64,000 bases of DNA from a candidate division WOR-1 bacterium RIFOXYB2_FULL_42_35 (GTDB lineage Bacteria; Margulisbacteria; WOR-1; O2-12-FULL-45-9): contig MEUC01000005.1 in assembly GCA_001771545.1 (NCBI GenBank), forward strand, positions 2,379 to 66,378. Direction: 5' to 3'. A program made the translations under genes and the position numbers. The notes beneath the pieces were generated by a model, which had not been told where the DNA came from, did no database searches, and worked only from the letters and a program-made list of their open reading frames with translations. Shown in pieces: positions 29,676-38,348 of the stretch (position 1 is its first letter; every line of letters starts with the position of its first letter).

Positions 29676-30385
29676 TGAAATATCTGCTGCTCCTTGACTA
29701 TGATGGAACTTTAACCCCAATAGTCAGCCGTCCAGAACTAGCCACTCTAACTCCAGAGAGAAGAAAGCTCCTCAAGCAATTAGCCAACAACAAAAACTTT
29801 AAAATAGCCTTGGTCTCTGGTCGCACTTTATCAAGCTTAAAAGCCATCGTCAAAATCCCGGGACTGATCTACATCGGCAATCACGGTTTTGAAATAAACT
29901 TTAAAAACAAACTAATCGTTCAACCGGAAGCTGCCAAAGCTATTCCCACTTTGAAACTCATTCTAAAAAAACTCAAAGAAGAACTAAGACCAATTATTGG
30001 CGTCATTGTTGAAGACAAAAAATATACTCTCAGCTTTCATTTTCGCTCGGTCGAAGCAAAAATGGTTCCCAAAGTAAAAAAGATTTTCTGGCAAGTCGTC
30101 AAACCATATCTAAAGAAAATTAGAGTAACAAAAGGCAAAAAGGTTTTCGAAGTCCGCCCTCCCCTTGATTGGCATAAAGGCCAAGCCGTGCTTTGGTTGC
30201 TCAAACAATTAAAAGGGGGATATTTACCTATCTATATTGGCGACGACGTAACTGACGAGGATGCGTTTAAGGCCATAAAACAGAGCTATCGCGTCGGCAG
30301 AAAGAAGAAAAGTTATGCCAGGCACACGCTAAGAAATGTCACGGAAGTCTACAGATTTCTTGGAACTCTAGTCAACTCCGCGTAG
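29675..30385 (+). CDS. otsB: Trehalose-6-phosphate phosphatase
   Basis: LDYDGTLTPI, VSGR, GNHGFE, GKKVFEVRP, GDDVTDEDAF. Confidence 0.93.
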   Translation: MKYLLLLDYDGTLTPIVSRPELATLTPERRKLLKQLANNKNFKIALVSGRTLSSLKAIVKIPGLIYIGNHGFEINFKNKLIVQPEAAKAIPTLKLILKKLKEELRPIIGVIVEDKKYTLSFHFRSVEAKMVPKVKKIFWQVVKPYLKKIRVTKGKKVFEVRPPLDWHKGQAVLWLLKQLKGGYLPIYIGDDVTDEDAFKAIKQSYRVGRKKKSYARHTLRNVTEVYRFLGTLVNSA

Positions 30386-30448
30386 GAGAGCCTCTTAGGC
30401 TCTCCGTCTTAAGGTCAAACGGCAGAGGCTAAGAGCCTCAGCTACGCG
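30379..30448. repeat. Inverted doublet of GTAG-type REP palindromes (REPIN-like)
   Basis: CGCGTAG-GAGAGCC.TCTTA.GGCTCTCC on +, and CGCGTAG-CTGAGGCT.CTT.AGCCTC on -. Confidence 0.75.
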
Positions 30449-30584
30449 TTTGGAGAAAAATTTCCCCCTCTTCCAATTTCCTCCAGCTATGCTAGTATTC
30501 TAGCAATGGAACAAATAATTAACAAGGAAGAAGGGATTGAAATTCCCTTCCCGATCAGGACCATAGTCACGAAAGGATCACAAC

Positions 30585-31322
30585 ATGTCTAAAATTAAAA
30601 AAGCCCAGAAACCCTTTACTTTTTTTAGCACTTCTTTACTGGTTGAGATTACCGGCAAAAAGGCCCATCACCTAAAAGAATTCATTGAAGTCTTGAAAAC
30701 CATTGATGAAAGTTCAATTTTTTACCATGTCCACCATTCGTTCCGGGAATATAACTTTGCCCCTGGCAAATATTCCAATGATTTTGCCCGCTGGGTTGCC
30801 GATGTATTAGAAGAAAACAGCCTGGCAGAAAAACTGGCCGCCATTAACATTGCTGATTTCACCTGTTTAGCTGGCTTACGTGATCGTCTGGTAGAAATTA
30901 TCACCAACCATCTTAATGCCAGCGTGGAAATCAGGAAAGCCAGCCCGGGCAGGGAATTCTATTTTCTACGTGCAGTGGCAATAATAAACCCTAGTTCCTA
31001 CCAGGCTTGGACACTGGGCCAATTTACCGAATGCCTGCAAAAAGTTGGTATGCGCTCCCTCTACCACCACTTCTTTGATGCCAGACTAAGGTTGGGACAT
31101 AAAACCAATGACTTTTCCAATTGGATAGATACAGCCTTAGGCAGAAAGGAACTTGCCCAAAAGATCGAACAGCTTGACCCATATTTTATGACCATGGACC
31201 AACTCAAAGGAAAAATTATCGAACTTTGTCTGGCCGAAGAAGAAAAAGAATATCACCTTCTCGATCTAACCAGATTTGTTGCCAAAAAAATTATCAACAA
31301 AGTCATTAGGAAACAATCATGA
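30585..31322 (+). CDS. DUF5752-like protein (internally duplicated)
   Basis: Two similar halves: SIFYH...SNDFARWV...LAEKL and SLYHH...TNDFSNWI...LAQKI; sits directly upstream of treT. Confidence 0.75.
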   Translation: MSKIKKAQKPFTFFSTSLLVEITGKKAHHLKEFIEVLKTIDESSIFYHVHHSFREYNFAPGKYSNDFARWVADVLEENSLAEKLAAINIADFTCLAGLRDRLVEIITNHLNASVEIRKASPGREFYFLRAVAIINPSSYQAWTLGQFTECLQKVGMRSLYHHFFDARLRLGHKTNDFSNWIDTALGRKELAQKIEQLDPYFMTMDQLKGKIIELCLAEEEKEYHLLDLTRFVAKKIINKVIRKQS

Positions 31323-32548
31323 AAAAAATTAGCTTAAAAGATTACGCCGCAGTAACTCGAACACAAAACTTAGAAGAGATCGCCCTACTGGCAGAAAAGC
31401 TCAGCGGCCTAACCGTTAAAATGGTCAACTCCACTTCAATGGGCGGTGGAGTCGCGGAAATGCTCCATCGCACAGTCCCTCTCTTTAACGAGCTAGGGCT
31501 AAAGGTCCAGTGGGATGTAATTAAGGGCACCGGCGCCTTTTTTAATGTCACCAAAGCCTTTCACAATGGTCTGCATGGTAACGAGGTTGAGATTGACGAT
31601 AAGATGTTTGAGGTCTTCCTGGATGCCAATGAAAGTAATGCCAGTAACATGCGCTTTGATGAAGACATCATCGTTATCCATGATCCCCAACCTGCTGCCT
31701 TGATCAAAGAAAAAAACAAGACCTCGGCTAAATGGGTCTGGCGCTGTCATATAGATACCGCCACCCCCAACCTGCGCATTTGGAACTTCCTCCAACAGTT
31801 TATTAACAAATATGATGCTTCGATTTTTTCTGCTCCCAGCTTTGCTAAGGAGCTCCCTATCCCCCAATATATGATTTACCCGGCTATTGACCCGTTTGCC
31901 GATAAAAATAGGGATCTGACCAAACAAGAAATAGAAGATGTACTCAGAAAATACCAGGTTCCCACCAATAAACCTATCGTCCTGCAAATCTCACGCTTTG
32001 ACCGGCTTAAAGATCCCCTTGGCATATTTGAAACTTATAAGTTGGTTAAAAAACATGCTAATTGTCGTTTTGTTTATGCGGGAGGAACTGCAGACGATGA
32101 CCCGGAAGGAACAGCCGTACTGGCAGAACTACAAGAAAAAGCTGCCGGAGAAGAAGATTTTCAGATCATCCTGCTGCCCCCTTTTGCCGACATTGCCGTC
32201 AATGCCCTGCAGCGCACCGCAACAATAGTAATGCAAAAATCTTTGCGTGAGGGGTTTGGTTTAACGGTTACCGAAGCACTTTGGAAGTCAAAGCCGGTAA
32301 TTGCCAGCGCTGTTGGCGGGATTCCCCTGCAAATAATCAACGGCTTAACCGGCCAGTTGGTTCACTCTGTGGAAGGGGCTGCTTACCAGGTCAGGTATTT
32401 GCTTAACAATCCTCAAGTGGCTAAAAAACTGGGGCAATACGGCAAAGAACACGCTCGAGAGAAATTTTTACTTACCAGGGTTATCCGCAATTACCTCTTA
32501 CTCTTTATTGCCCTCCAGCACCCCGGCAAAAATATTATTGAGCTATAA
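31319..32548 (+). CDS. treT: Trehalose glycosyltransferring synthase (GT4)
   Basis: VNSTSMGGGVAEML, FFNVTKAFHNGL, IHDPQP, WRCHID, SRFDRLKDP, QKSLREGFGLTVTEALWK. Confidence 0.85.
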   Translation: MKKISLKDYAAVTRTQNLEEIALLAEKLSGLTVKMVNSTSMGGGVAEMLHRTVPLFNELGLKVQWDVIKGTGAFFNVTKAFHNGLHGNEVEIDDKMFEVFLDANESNASNMRFDEDIIVIHDPQPAALIKEKNKTSAKWVWRCHIDTATPNLRIWNFLQQFINKYDASIFSAPSFAKELPIPQYMIYPAIDPFADKNRDLTKQEIEDVLRKYQVPTNKPIVLQISRFDRLKDPLGIFETYKLVKKHANCRFVYAGGTADDDPEGTAVLAELQEKAAGEEDFQIILLPPFADIAVNALQRTATIVMQKSLREGFGLTVTEALWKSKPVIASAVGGIPLQIINGLTGQLVHSVEGAAYQVRYLLNNPQVAKKLGQYGKEHAREKFLLTRVIRNYLLLFIALQHPGKNIIEL

Positions 32549-32592
32549 GAATTAGTTTCCCTCAAGAAATACAGTAGCCCACAAAAAAGATC

Positions 32593-32634
32593 AAGCCCTA
32601 TAAGCAAAGATAAACTATTGCCTATAGGGCTTTT
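32593..32634. terminator. Probable bidirectional terminator
   Basis: AAGCCCTATA...TATAGGGCTT stem between convergent genes. Confidence 0.7.
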
Positions 32635-32642
32635 GGCCTTAA

Positions 32643-35171
32643 CTATTTATTGGCTGTTATGTAGAGCAGATAAACTGAGACCAGTGAGGTCGTAAGGCTG
32701 GCCAGGGTTTTGGCCACATCACCAGCCGTCCCCCAGAATTGATTCCAGTCAAAAGGTTTTTGGTATCTGGTTAAACTGAGGGGCTTGGTCGGCACAAAAA
32801 TCGTGTCTCCTGGTTTAACAGCCATAGTCCAGTTAATCTTTTCTGTTTTGCCGCTAACTCGCAAGACACGAGTTTCCTTAAAATCGGCAAAAGTAGTTTC
32901 TCCGCCACAAGCATTAACATAATCATTAACCGTTTTACCTTTTTCATACAAAATAGTGGCCGGAGAATATATTTCTCCCAACACAATTACCCCCATTTCC
33001 TTATTAGGAATAGTTAAGCTGTCCCCTGCCTGTAAAACTATATCCTGGTCACTGCCGGTCTTAAGATTGCCTAGTTGTATCACCACTCGACCGGGAATAT
33101 CCATTTCTAATTTTCTCAGGGCAAAGTCATATTCCCGATTGATTGATCCGGCACGAAACTCCGCTTCTCCTGAAGGCAACCCATAAGGAATTTCACTTAA
33201 TTCACGTCTCTTATTCTCAGCAAACTCTTTCTTAACCTTCTCAATCTCACTAAGCTGTTTTGCTTTCAATGCTTCACGGATAAAAACAGCCCCTTCCAGA
33301 AAAGCCTTGTCGGTAAAACCGCCGGCTCTGTCTATTACCGAGCTTAGGTGTTCACCCTTATGAAGAATATAGTTGCCGGGATATAACACATTGCCCTTTA
33401 AGGTAACGATATTAACAGAAAAATAATCGGGGTCTATACGAACAAACAAATAATCGTTCTTTTGCAAAAGAAGATCTTCGTTTTTGTCTTTATCGGTTAA
33501 AATTCTTTTTAAATCAAGGGTATAAATAACAACTTGATTCTTTTCATTACGAATCAACTCAGCCTTGTGAAAGGCACTCTCTTTCAGTCCACCTGCCTGG
33601 AAGATTAAATCAGAGACATGCATTCCTTGAGTTAAAGGGAAAGAAGAATCACCGTCATTAATTTCTCCATTAACATAAACAGTTGGACTCCCTTCAAGCT
33701 CGGTCTTAGAAAAAATACGGATTTTATCAAACTCTTTTAGATAGGGATTATTCTCTACCTCCCCCGCTTTCAATAAAGATAAATCAATTGCCATAATTTT
33801 CGGACGCATATCCGGAGGAACCAACCTAATAATTTGAGCCCGCTGCATATAGGTCTCCGGCGCCAGACCTTGTGCCTTCGCCAACAAATCACCTAGACGC
33901 ATCCCTGACTCCAGCTCATAACGCCCGGGTCTGATCACATTGCCTTGCAAATAAACAACATTTTTAATGGTTGAAGTAATTGAAAAAACCGTAATGTAGT
34001 CTAGATTGCTAAGGTAGACCGGTTGGCTATCTTTTGTTTTGAGATAATCGGCATAATCAATATCAATAGCTGTTTCTGCACGATTGTCTTTTTTGCGCTC
34101 TATTTGTAAACGCTGAAGATAAGTGGTTGGGGTTATCCCTCCGGCTAAGCCAACAATAAAATCATTCAAGTCTGTTTTTCCTTTTAACTCGTAGATAGCC
34201 GGCCGCCGAACATTACCACTAATAGCAATCGTCTCTCCTATAGGAGGGATCTGGACAACATCACCACTTTTCATGATAACATCACCTGGTTTTTTGCCAT
34301 GCAGAATAAACTGATAAAGGTCAACAGCTTGAATAACCTGGTTATTGCGGAGTAACTTTATGTTCCGTAAAGAGCCCACTCGTGTTGGCCCTCCGGCCAT
34401 AAAAATAGCATCATAAAGAGTGTTATTGGATTTTATTGTATAGGCCCCAGGATTGGCAACCTCACCAATAACATAAATCTTAATCGAGCCAATTTCTTTA
34501 AGAGTCAAATCAAGATTAAAGTCCGCCACATAAGTCTCTGCCAGCCTTTGCGTCAGGATATCTTTGGCTTTGGCAAGGCTATAGCCGGCCAACTGGATTA
34601 CCCCAACCTTAGGTAAGGTCACTGTACCACGCTCATCAACCTCCAAAGCATAGGTATCATTGATGTTCCCCCAAATAGTCACAACCAACTGGTCACCGGT
34701 GTTGATATTATAGTCAACCCCTAAAGGGATCCCTGCTGTTGAGCTAAAACGTTGGCCAACTGTCTTACTAAAGACATTATAACCAAACTGCCTTAAAGTT
34801 GTGGATTGATCGCCAACCTGACGGGTAAACCCCTGTTCAATAGCAGAAAGTTCCGCTGCAACCGCAGCTTCTTTTTGGTCACCAGGCACAATAGTCTCAT
34901 CGTCTTTTAAAGTGGTTTGCTCAAGATCCACTGCCTGTTTTACAACAGGCTTAGTTGTGCCACTGGCAGACGGTTGAGGAGTATCAAATCCCAAAGCCTT
35001 CTTAATTTCATCTTTTTGTTGAGGTGTTAAATTTTTAACTTCCTCCTTTTGTTGGGGAGTCAGATTATTTATAGTTGTTGTGACATCCGCTGCCAAGGCT
35101 GGCAAGGGACAAATTGTATTTAATAAACAGATCACCAAAAAAACACTTATCCTCTTAAGCACAAATTTCAT
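32643..35171 (-). CDS. Polysaccharide export protein with multiple SLBB domains (Wza/KpsD-like)
   Basis: Signal peptide, QFGYNVF, GDQLVVTIWG, and repeated GEVANPGAY / GNVRRPAIYE / GNVIRPGRY / GNVLYPGNY units. Confidence 0.88.
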   Translation of the reverse strand: MKFVLKRISVFLVICLLNTICPLPALAADVTTTINNLTPQQKEEVKNLTPQQKDEIKKALGFDTPQPSASGTTKPVVKQAVDLEQTTLKDDETIVPGDQKEAAVAAELSAIEQGFTRQVGDQSTTLRQFGYNVFSKTVGQRFSSTAGIPLGVDYNINTGDQLVVTIWGNINDTYALEVDERGTVTLPKVGVIQLAGYSLAKAKDILTQRLAETYVADFNLDLTLKEIGSIKIYVIGEVANPGAYTIKSNNTLYDAIFMAGGPTRVGSLRNIKLLRNNQVIQAVDLYQFILHGKKPGDVIMKSGDVVQIPPIGETIAISGNVRRPAIYELKGKTDLNDFIVGLAGGITPTTYLQRLQIERKKDNRAETAIDIDYADYLKTKDSQPVYLSNLDYITVFSITSTIKNVVYLQGNVIRPGRYELESGMRLGDLLAKAQGLAPETYMQRAQIIRLVPPDMRPKIMAIDLSLLKAGEVENNPYLKEFDKIRIFSKTELEGSPTVYVNGEINDGDSSFPLTQGMHVSDLIFQAGGLKESAFHKAELIRNEKNQVVIYTLDLKRILTDKDKNEDLLLQKNDYLFVRIDPDYFSVNIVTLKGNVLYPGNYILHKGEHLSSVIDRAGGFTDKAFLEGAVFIREALKAKQLSEIEKVKKEFAENKRRELSEIPYGLPSGEAEFRAGSINREYDFALRKLEMDIPGRVVIQLGNLKTGSDQDIVLQAGDSLTIPNKEMGVIVLGEIYSPATILYEKGKTVNDYVNACGGETTFADFKETRVLRVSGKTEKINWTMAVKPGDTIFVPTKPLSLTRYQKPFDWNQFWGTAGDVAKTLASLTTSLVSVYLLYITANK

Positions 35172-35908
35172 CTAGAACTCTCCTTTTTAATATTAACATT
35201 GTTAAGCAGAGAAAGACTCTTTATGTAATTTAAAAAGAAAGCAAACATAATGCCGATAATCAGGGCTACAACGCCGGAAAATACTATTTTTTTCGACCCC
35301 CCCCTGCCAACAGCAAACCTTGGGGAGACTGCTGGGTCAAGGGGCTGGAGAGACAAACCTAGGGAATTTTTCAATGAATATTCTTGCAACTTTTTCACAT
35401 AGGTGTTAGCAATAATGTCTACCAACTTAGGGTCAGAAGAAGTCGCGGTAACGCGTAACAACCTGCCTTTAAGATCGCTTTTTACAGAACCCTTCACCAA
35501 ACCAACTATTACTTCTTCTGATGAACTGGCTTTGATTCCCTCAAACCCCTGACCATTAATCTTGCTTTTTTTATCATATTTAGCTAACCATTCGTCCAAA
35601 AAGCCCTTTTGCTTCAAGTCCTGCGCTACTGCCACGGCTAATATGCGACTATCAATAATAACATCTAGCACCGTATCACTACTCTGGCCAGAACGGCCGA
35701 AGAAAGAGGCAAATAGATTATTAATATTACTAGAAAACTCTTCCTTTGATTGCAGGACTAAAACAGTGGCTTCTGCCTCATAGACACTAGGCTGGCTAAG
35801 CCCCTGCCAGGTAGATACAGCAATAGCTAGAATGACTAAAGTCATAATCAGGAACTTATATTTATTTAGAACCTTAAGTAAATCAATTATATTGATTTCA
35901 TCTTCCAT
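35168..35908 (-). CDS. Wzz/Wzc-N-type chain-length determinant
   Basis: DEINIIDLLKVL, N-terminal TM, YEAEAT, LDPAVSP, C-terminal TM. Confidence 0.8.
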   Translation of the reverse strand: MEDEINIIDLLKVLNKYKFLIMTLVILAIAVSTWQGLSQPSVYEAEATVLVLQSKEEFSSNINNLFASFFGRSGQSSDTVLDVIIDSRILAVAVAQDLKQKGFLDEWLAKYDKKSKINGQGFEGIKASSSEEVIVGLVKGSVKSDLKGRLLRVTATSSDPKLVDIIANTYVKKLQEYSLKNSLGLSLQPLDPAVSPRFAVGRGGSKKIVFSGVVALIIGIMFAFFLNYIKSLSLLNNVNIKKESSR

Positions 35909-36054
35909 AATCAGCTCCTCAGAAACAACCATTATACTTCAGATCAATCAAACACTCAAGACTGCTGCGGACTACTCGACGAATAAACTTCTATTTTTAA
36001 CAAAAAAAAGGCTCCAAAATAATTAAGCATTGGAAAACATTACAAAAATATAAA

Positions 36055-37104
36055 TTATTTTACCACCATAGAACGAACAGCAGAAGATACTCCTGGGCCA
36101 AAAGCAGCTGATTGCTCAATCTTAGCCCAATTATCTTTAAACCATTTGATAGTCTCATCTAGTCCTTCATCAAAATCTGTCTGAGGATTATACCCCACCA
36201 ACTTGCGGGCTTTTTCAACAGAAGCAAGCAAGCGACTCTTAGTATCCCACTTTCTTTTCGGAGAAAATTTAATGCCGGCAGGATTCCCGGTTAAGGCATT
36301 AATTTTTTCGGCCAACTCTTTAATCATTGTCTCGCGCTCCGAAGCCAGATTAAACTCTTGCCCAATCGCCGCTTCAATTACTCCTGCCCGTAATAAACCA
36401 TCAACAATATCACCTACAAAAGTAAAATCCCTGGTTTCCTCCCCGGTCCCTGTAATTGGTAAAGGCATTTTCTTGAGCGCCCAATATATGAAATTAGGTA
36501 TCACATTGCGATACTGCCCGGGAATCTCTCCCGGCCCATAAGAATTGAAGAACCTGGTTTTAACCACCGGAACCTCATAGTGGTGGTGGAAAAAATTGCA
36601 ATACAACTCCCCCAACATCTTGGTAATTTGATATGGAGTAGTGAGATGCATCGACATAAACTCTTCTTTTAATGGCAAGGGCGCTTTAGACCCGTAAATG
36701 GAACAACCGGAAGAAGCATAGACAAAACGTTTTACTTTGGCCTTAGTCAGAGTAGCATATTCAAGTAATTTAAGGGTCCCCTGTCCATTAACATCCAAAT
36801 CTTCTTCCGGATGATCAACAGAGTTTTGGTTAGCAAAAAAAGCTGCTAAATGAAAGATATATTCCGGTTCTTCAAAAAAGACTCGTTTTAACTTAATTTC
36901 ATTCCGAATATCACCTTCGACAAATAAAACATTAGGTAAAGAAGGGATGTTCCAACGCTCGGCAGAGGAAAGGTTGTCTAAAATGATCACCTTGGCAGCG
37001 CCAGCCTCAGCTAAGGCCTTAACTAAGTTACTGCCAATGGCCCCAGCCCCTCCAGTAACTAAGACTGTTGCTCCTTGATAAGCCTTTAAATATTCTGTAG
37101 TCAT
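36055..37104 (-). CDS. NAD-dependent nucleotide-sugar epimerase/dehydratase
   Basis: VTGGAGAIGS, YASSG, YQITK, RFFNSYGP, TRDFTFV. Confidence 0.9.
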   Translation of the reverse strand: MTTEYLKAYQGATVLVTGGAGAIGSNLVKALAEAGAAKVIILDNLSSAERWNIPSLPNVLFVEGDIRNEIKLKRVFFEEPEYIFHLAAFFANQNSVDHPEEDLDVNGQGTLKLLEYATLTKAKVKRFVYASSGCSIYGSKAPLPLKEEFMSMHLTTPYQITKMLGELYCNFFHHHYEVPVVKTRFFNSYGPGEIPGQYRNVIPNFIYWALKKMPLPITGTGEETRDFTFVGDIVDGLLRAGVIEAAIGQEFNLASERETMIKELAEKINALTGNPAGIKFSPKRKWDTKSRLLASVEKARKLVGYNPQTDFDEGLDETIKWFKDNWAKIEQSAAFGPGVSSAVRSMVVK

Positions 37105-38348
37105 TACTTTACCGCCTCTTTAATGATATTTTCGAAAGATGTCACACAAGCTTCACGAGAGAAGTACTTTTCTGCGGCTTGCCGCCCATTCTGACCCATC
37201 TCGTCCCGCAACTTTTTATCATTATATAGTTTCAAGACCGCTTGCGCAAGCTCAGCCGGGTTTTCGGCCTCAACACTTAGGCCACAGTTATGTTCTGCCA
37301 CAATCTTAACTGCATCACTTTTACAAGAGACGCTGACAATTGCAGGAAGTCCTGCAGCCATAATGCTTAAAAGCTTACTAGGCACAACAGGAGTAGCCAG
37401 GGCTTTACGAAGTGTTACCAAAGAAACATCTGAACTATGAAGAATTAAAGGATAAAGGTTATGTGGTTGGGTTGGTACAAAAAGGACATTTGTAAGACCA
37501 AGTTCTTTAACTTGAGCCTCCAAAGCTGGCTTCTTGACCCCATCACCGACTAAAACAAATTTGATATTATCGGTCCTGAGTCTTGTGTCCTGAATCTTGT
37601 GTCTTTGCAAAATCTCCGCCGCTCTAACAACAACATCAAGTCCCTGAGCAAACCCCATTACCCCGGCAAAAGAGACCACAAACTTGTCTTTTAAATCATA
37701 TTTACGGCTGAAATCATTATCTCTGGCTCCAGGTTGGATAGCTAAAGTATTAACCCAGTTATGAGCAATCTTTACCCGCTCCTCTTTGGCCCCTTTAGTG
37801 ACGACATAATCCTTATTGCCGGCAGAATGAACCGCAACATAATCGGACTTTTTATAAACGAACTTTTCCATAATTTGAGAAAGCTTAATCAATGATTTAT
37901 TATTTAACAAACCCAGATCAATCACAGTTTGCGGATAAAGATCCTGGATATTACTAATCAAGGGGCTTCTTTTCATCCTTCCCAGCCAATACCCGGCAAG
38001 TCCCAAAGTAAGTGGCGGCGAATAGATCAGAATGGCATCCACTTTTTTCACCCTTAAGCCGCCAAGAAAGAAAATTATGGCCAAAAGAAAATGCTCAACC
38101 CCACGAAAGAAAGGACTTGTCCTCACTAAAGGTGGGGTTTGATAACGAAAAACATTTATGCCGGCAATTGTTTCCCTGTTAGGCAAAGCCTTAAGATCCG
38201 TCCCTTCGGCAACATTATAAAGAGGCTTGCGAGTCACCACAGAAACTTTATGGCCCCGTCTAACCAGTGATTCTGCCAATTCAAAAAAAAGGGTGGCACA
38301 GGATTTTGTTTCCGGAGGGAAAGCCTCAGATAAAATAAGTAGATGCAT
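37104..38348 (-). CDS. GT4 glycosyltransferase (WbuB-like)
   Basis: EAFPPE, YSPPL, QDLYP, AQGLD, VPSKLLSIMAAG; start at MHLLIL. Confidence 0.88.
   Translation of the reverse strand: MHLLILSEAFPPETKSCATLFFELAESLVRRGHKVSVVTRKPLYNVAEGTDLKALPNRETIAGINVFRYQTPPLVRTSPFFRGVEHFLLAIIFFLGGLRVKKVDAILIYSPPLTLGLAGYWLGRMKRSPLISNIQDLYPQTVIDLGLLNNKSLIKLSQIMEKFVYKKSDYVAVHSAGNKDYVVTKGAKEERVKIAHNWVNTLAIQPGARDNDFSRKYDLKDKFVVSFAGVMGFAQGLDVVVRAAEILQRHKIQDTRLRTDNIKFVLVGDGVKKPALEAQVKELGLTNVLFVPTQPHNLYPLILHSSDVSLVTLRKALATPVVPSKLLSIMAAGLPAIVSVSCKSDAVKIVAEHNCGLSVEAENPAELAQAVLKLYNDKKLRDEMGQNGRQAAEKYFSREACVTSFENIIKEAVK
37573..37607. repeat. Intragenic heptamer array (RTCYTGW x5)
   Basis: gtcctga gtcttgt gtcctga atcttgt gtctttg; encodes QRHKIQDTRLRT. 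Confidence 0.7.

Noticed and set aside
35005..35070. NLTPQQK peptide duplication in the export protein
   Set aside because: A two-copy low-complexity N-terminal repeat, unremarkable for this protein type.
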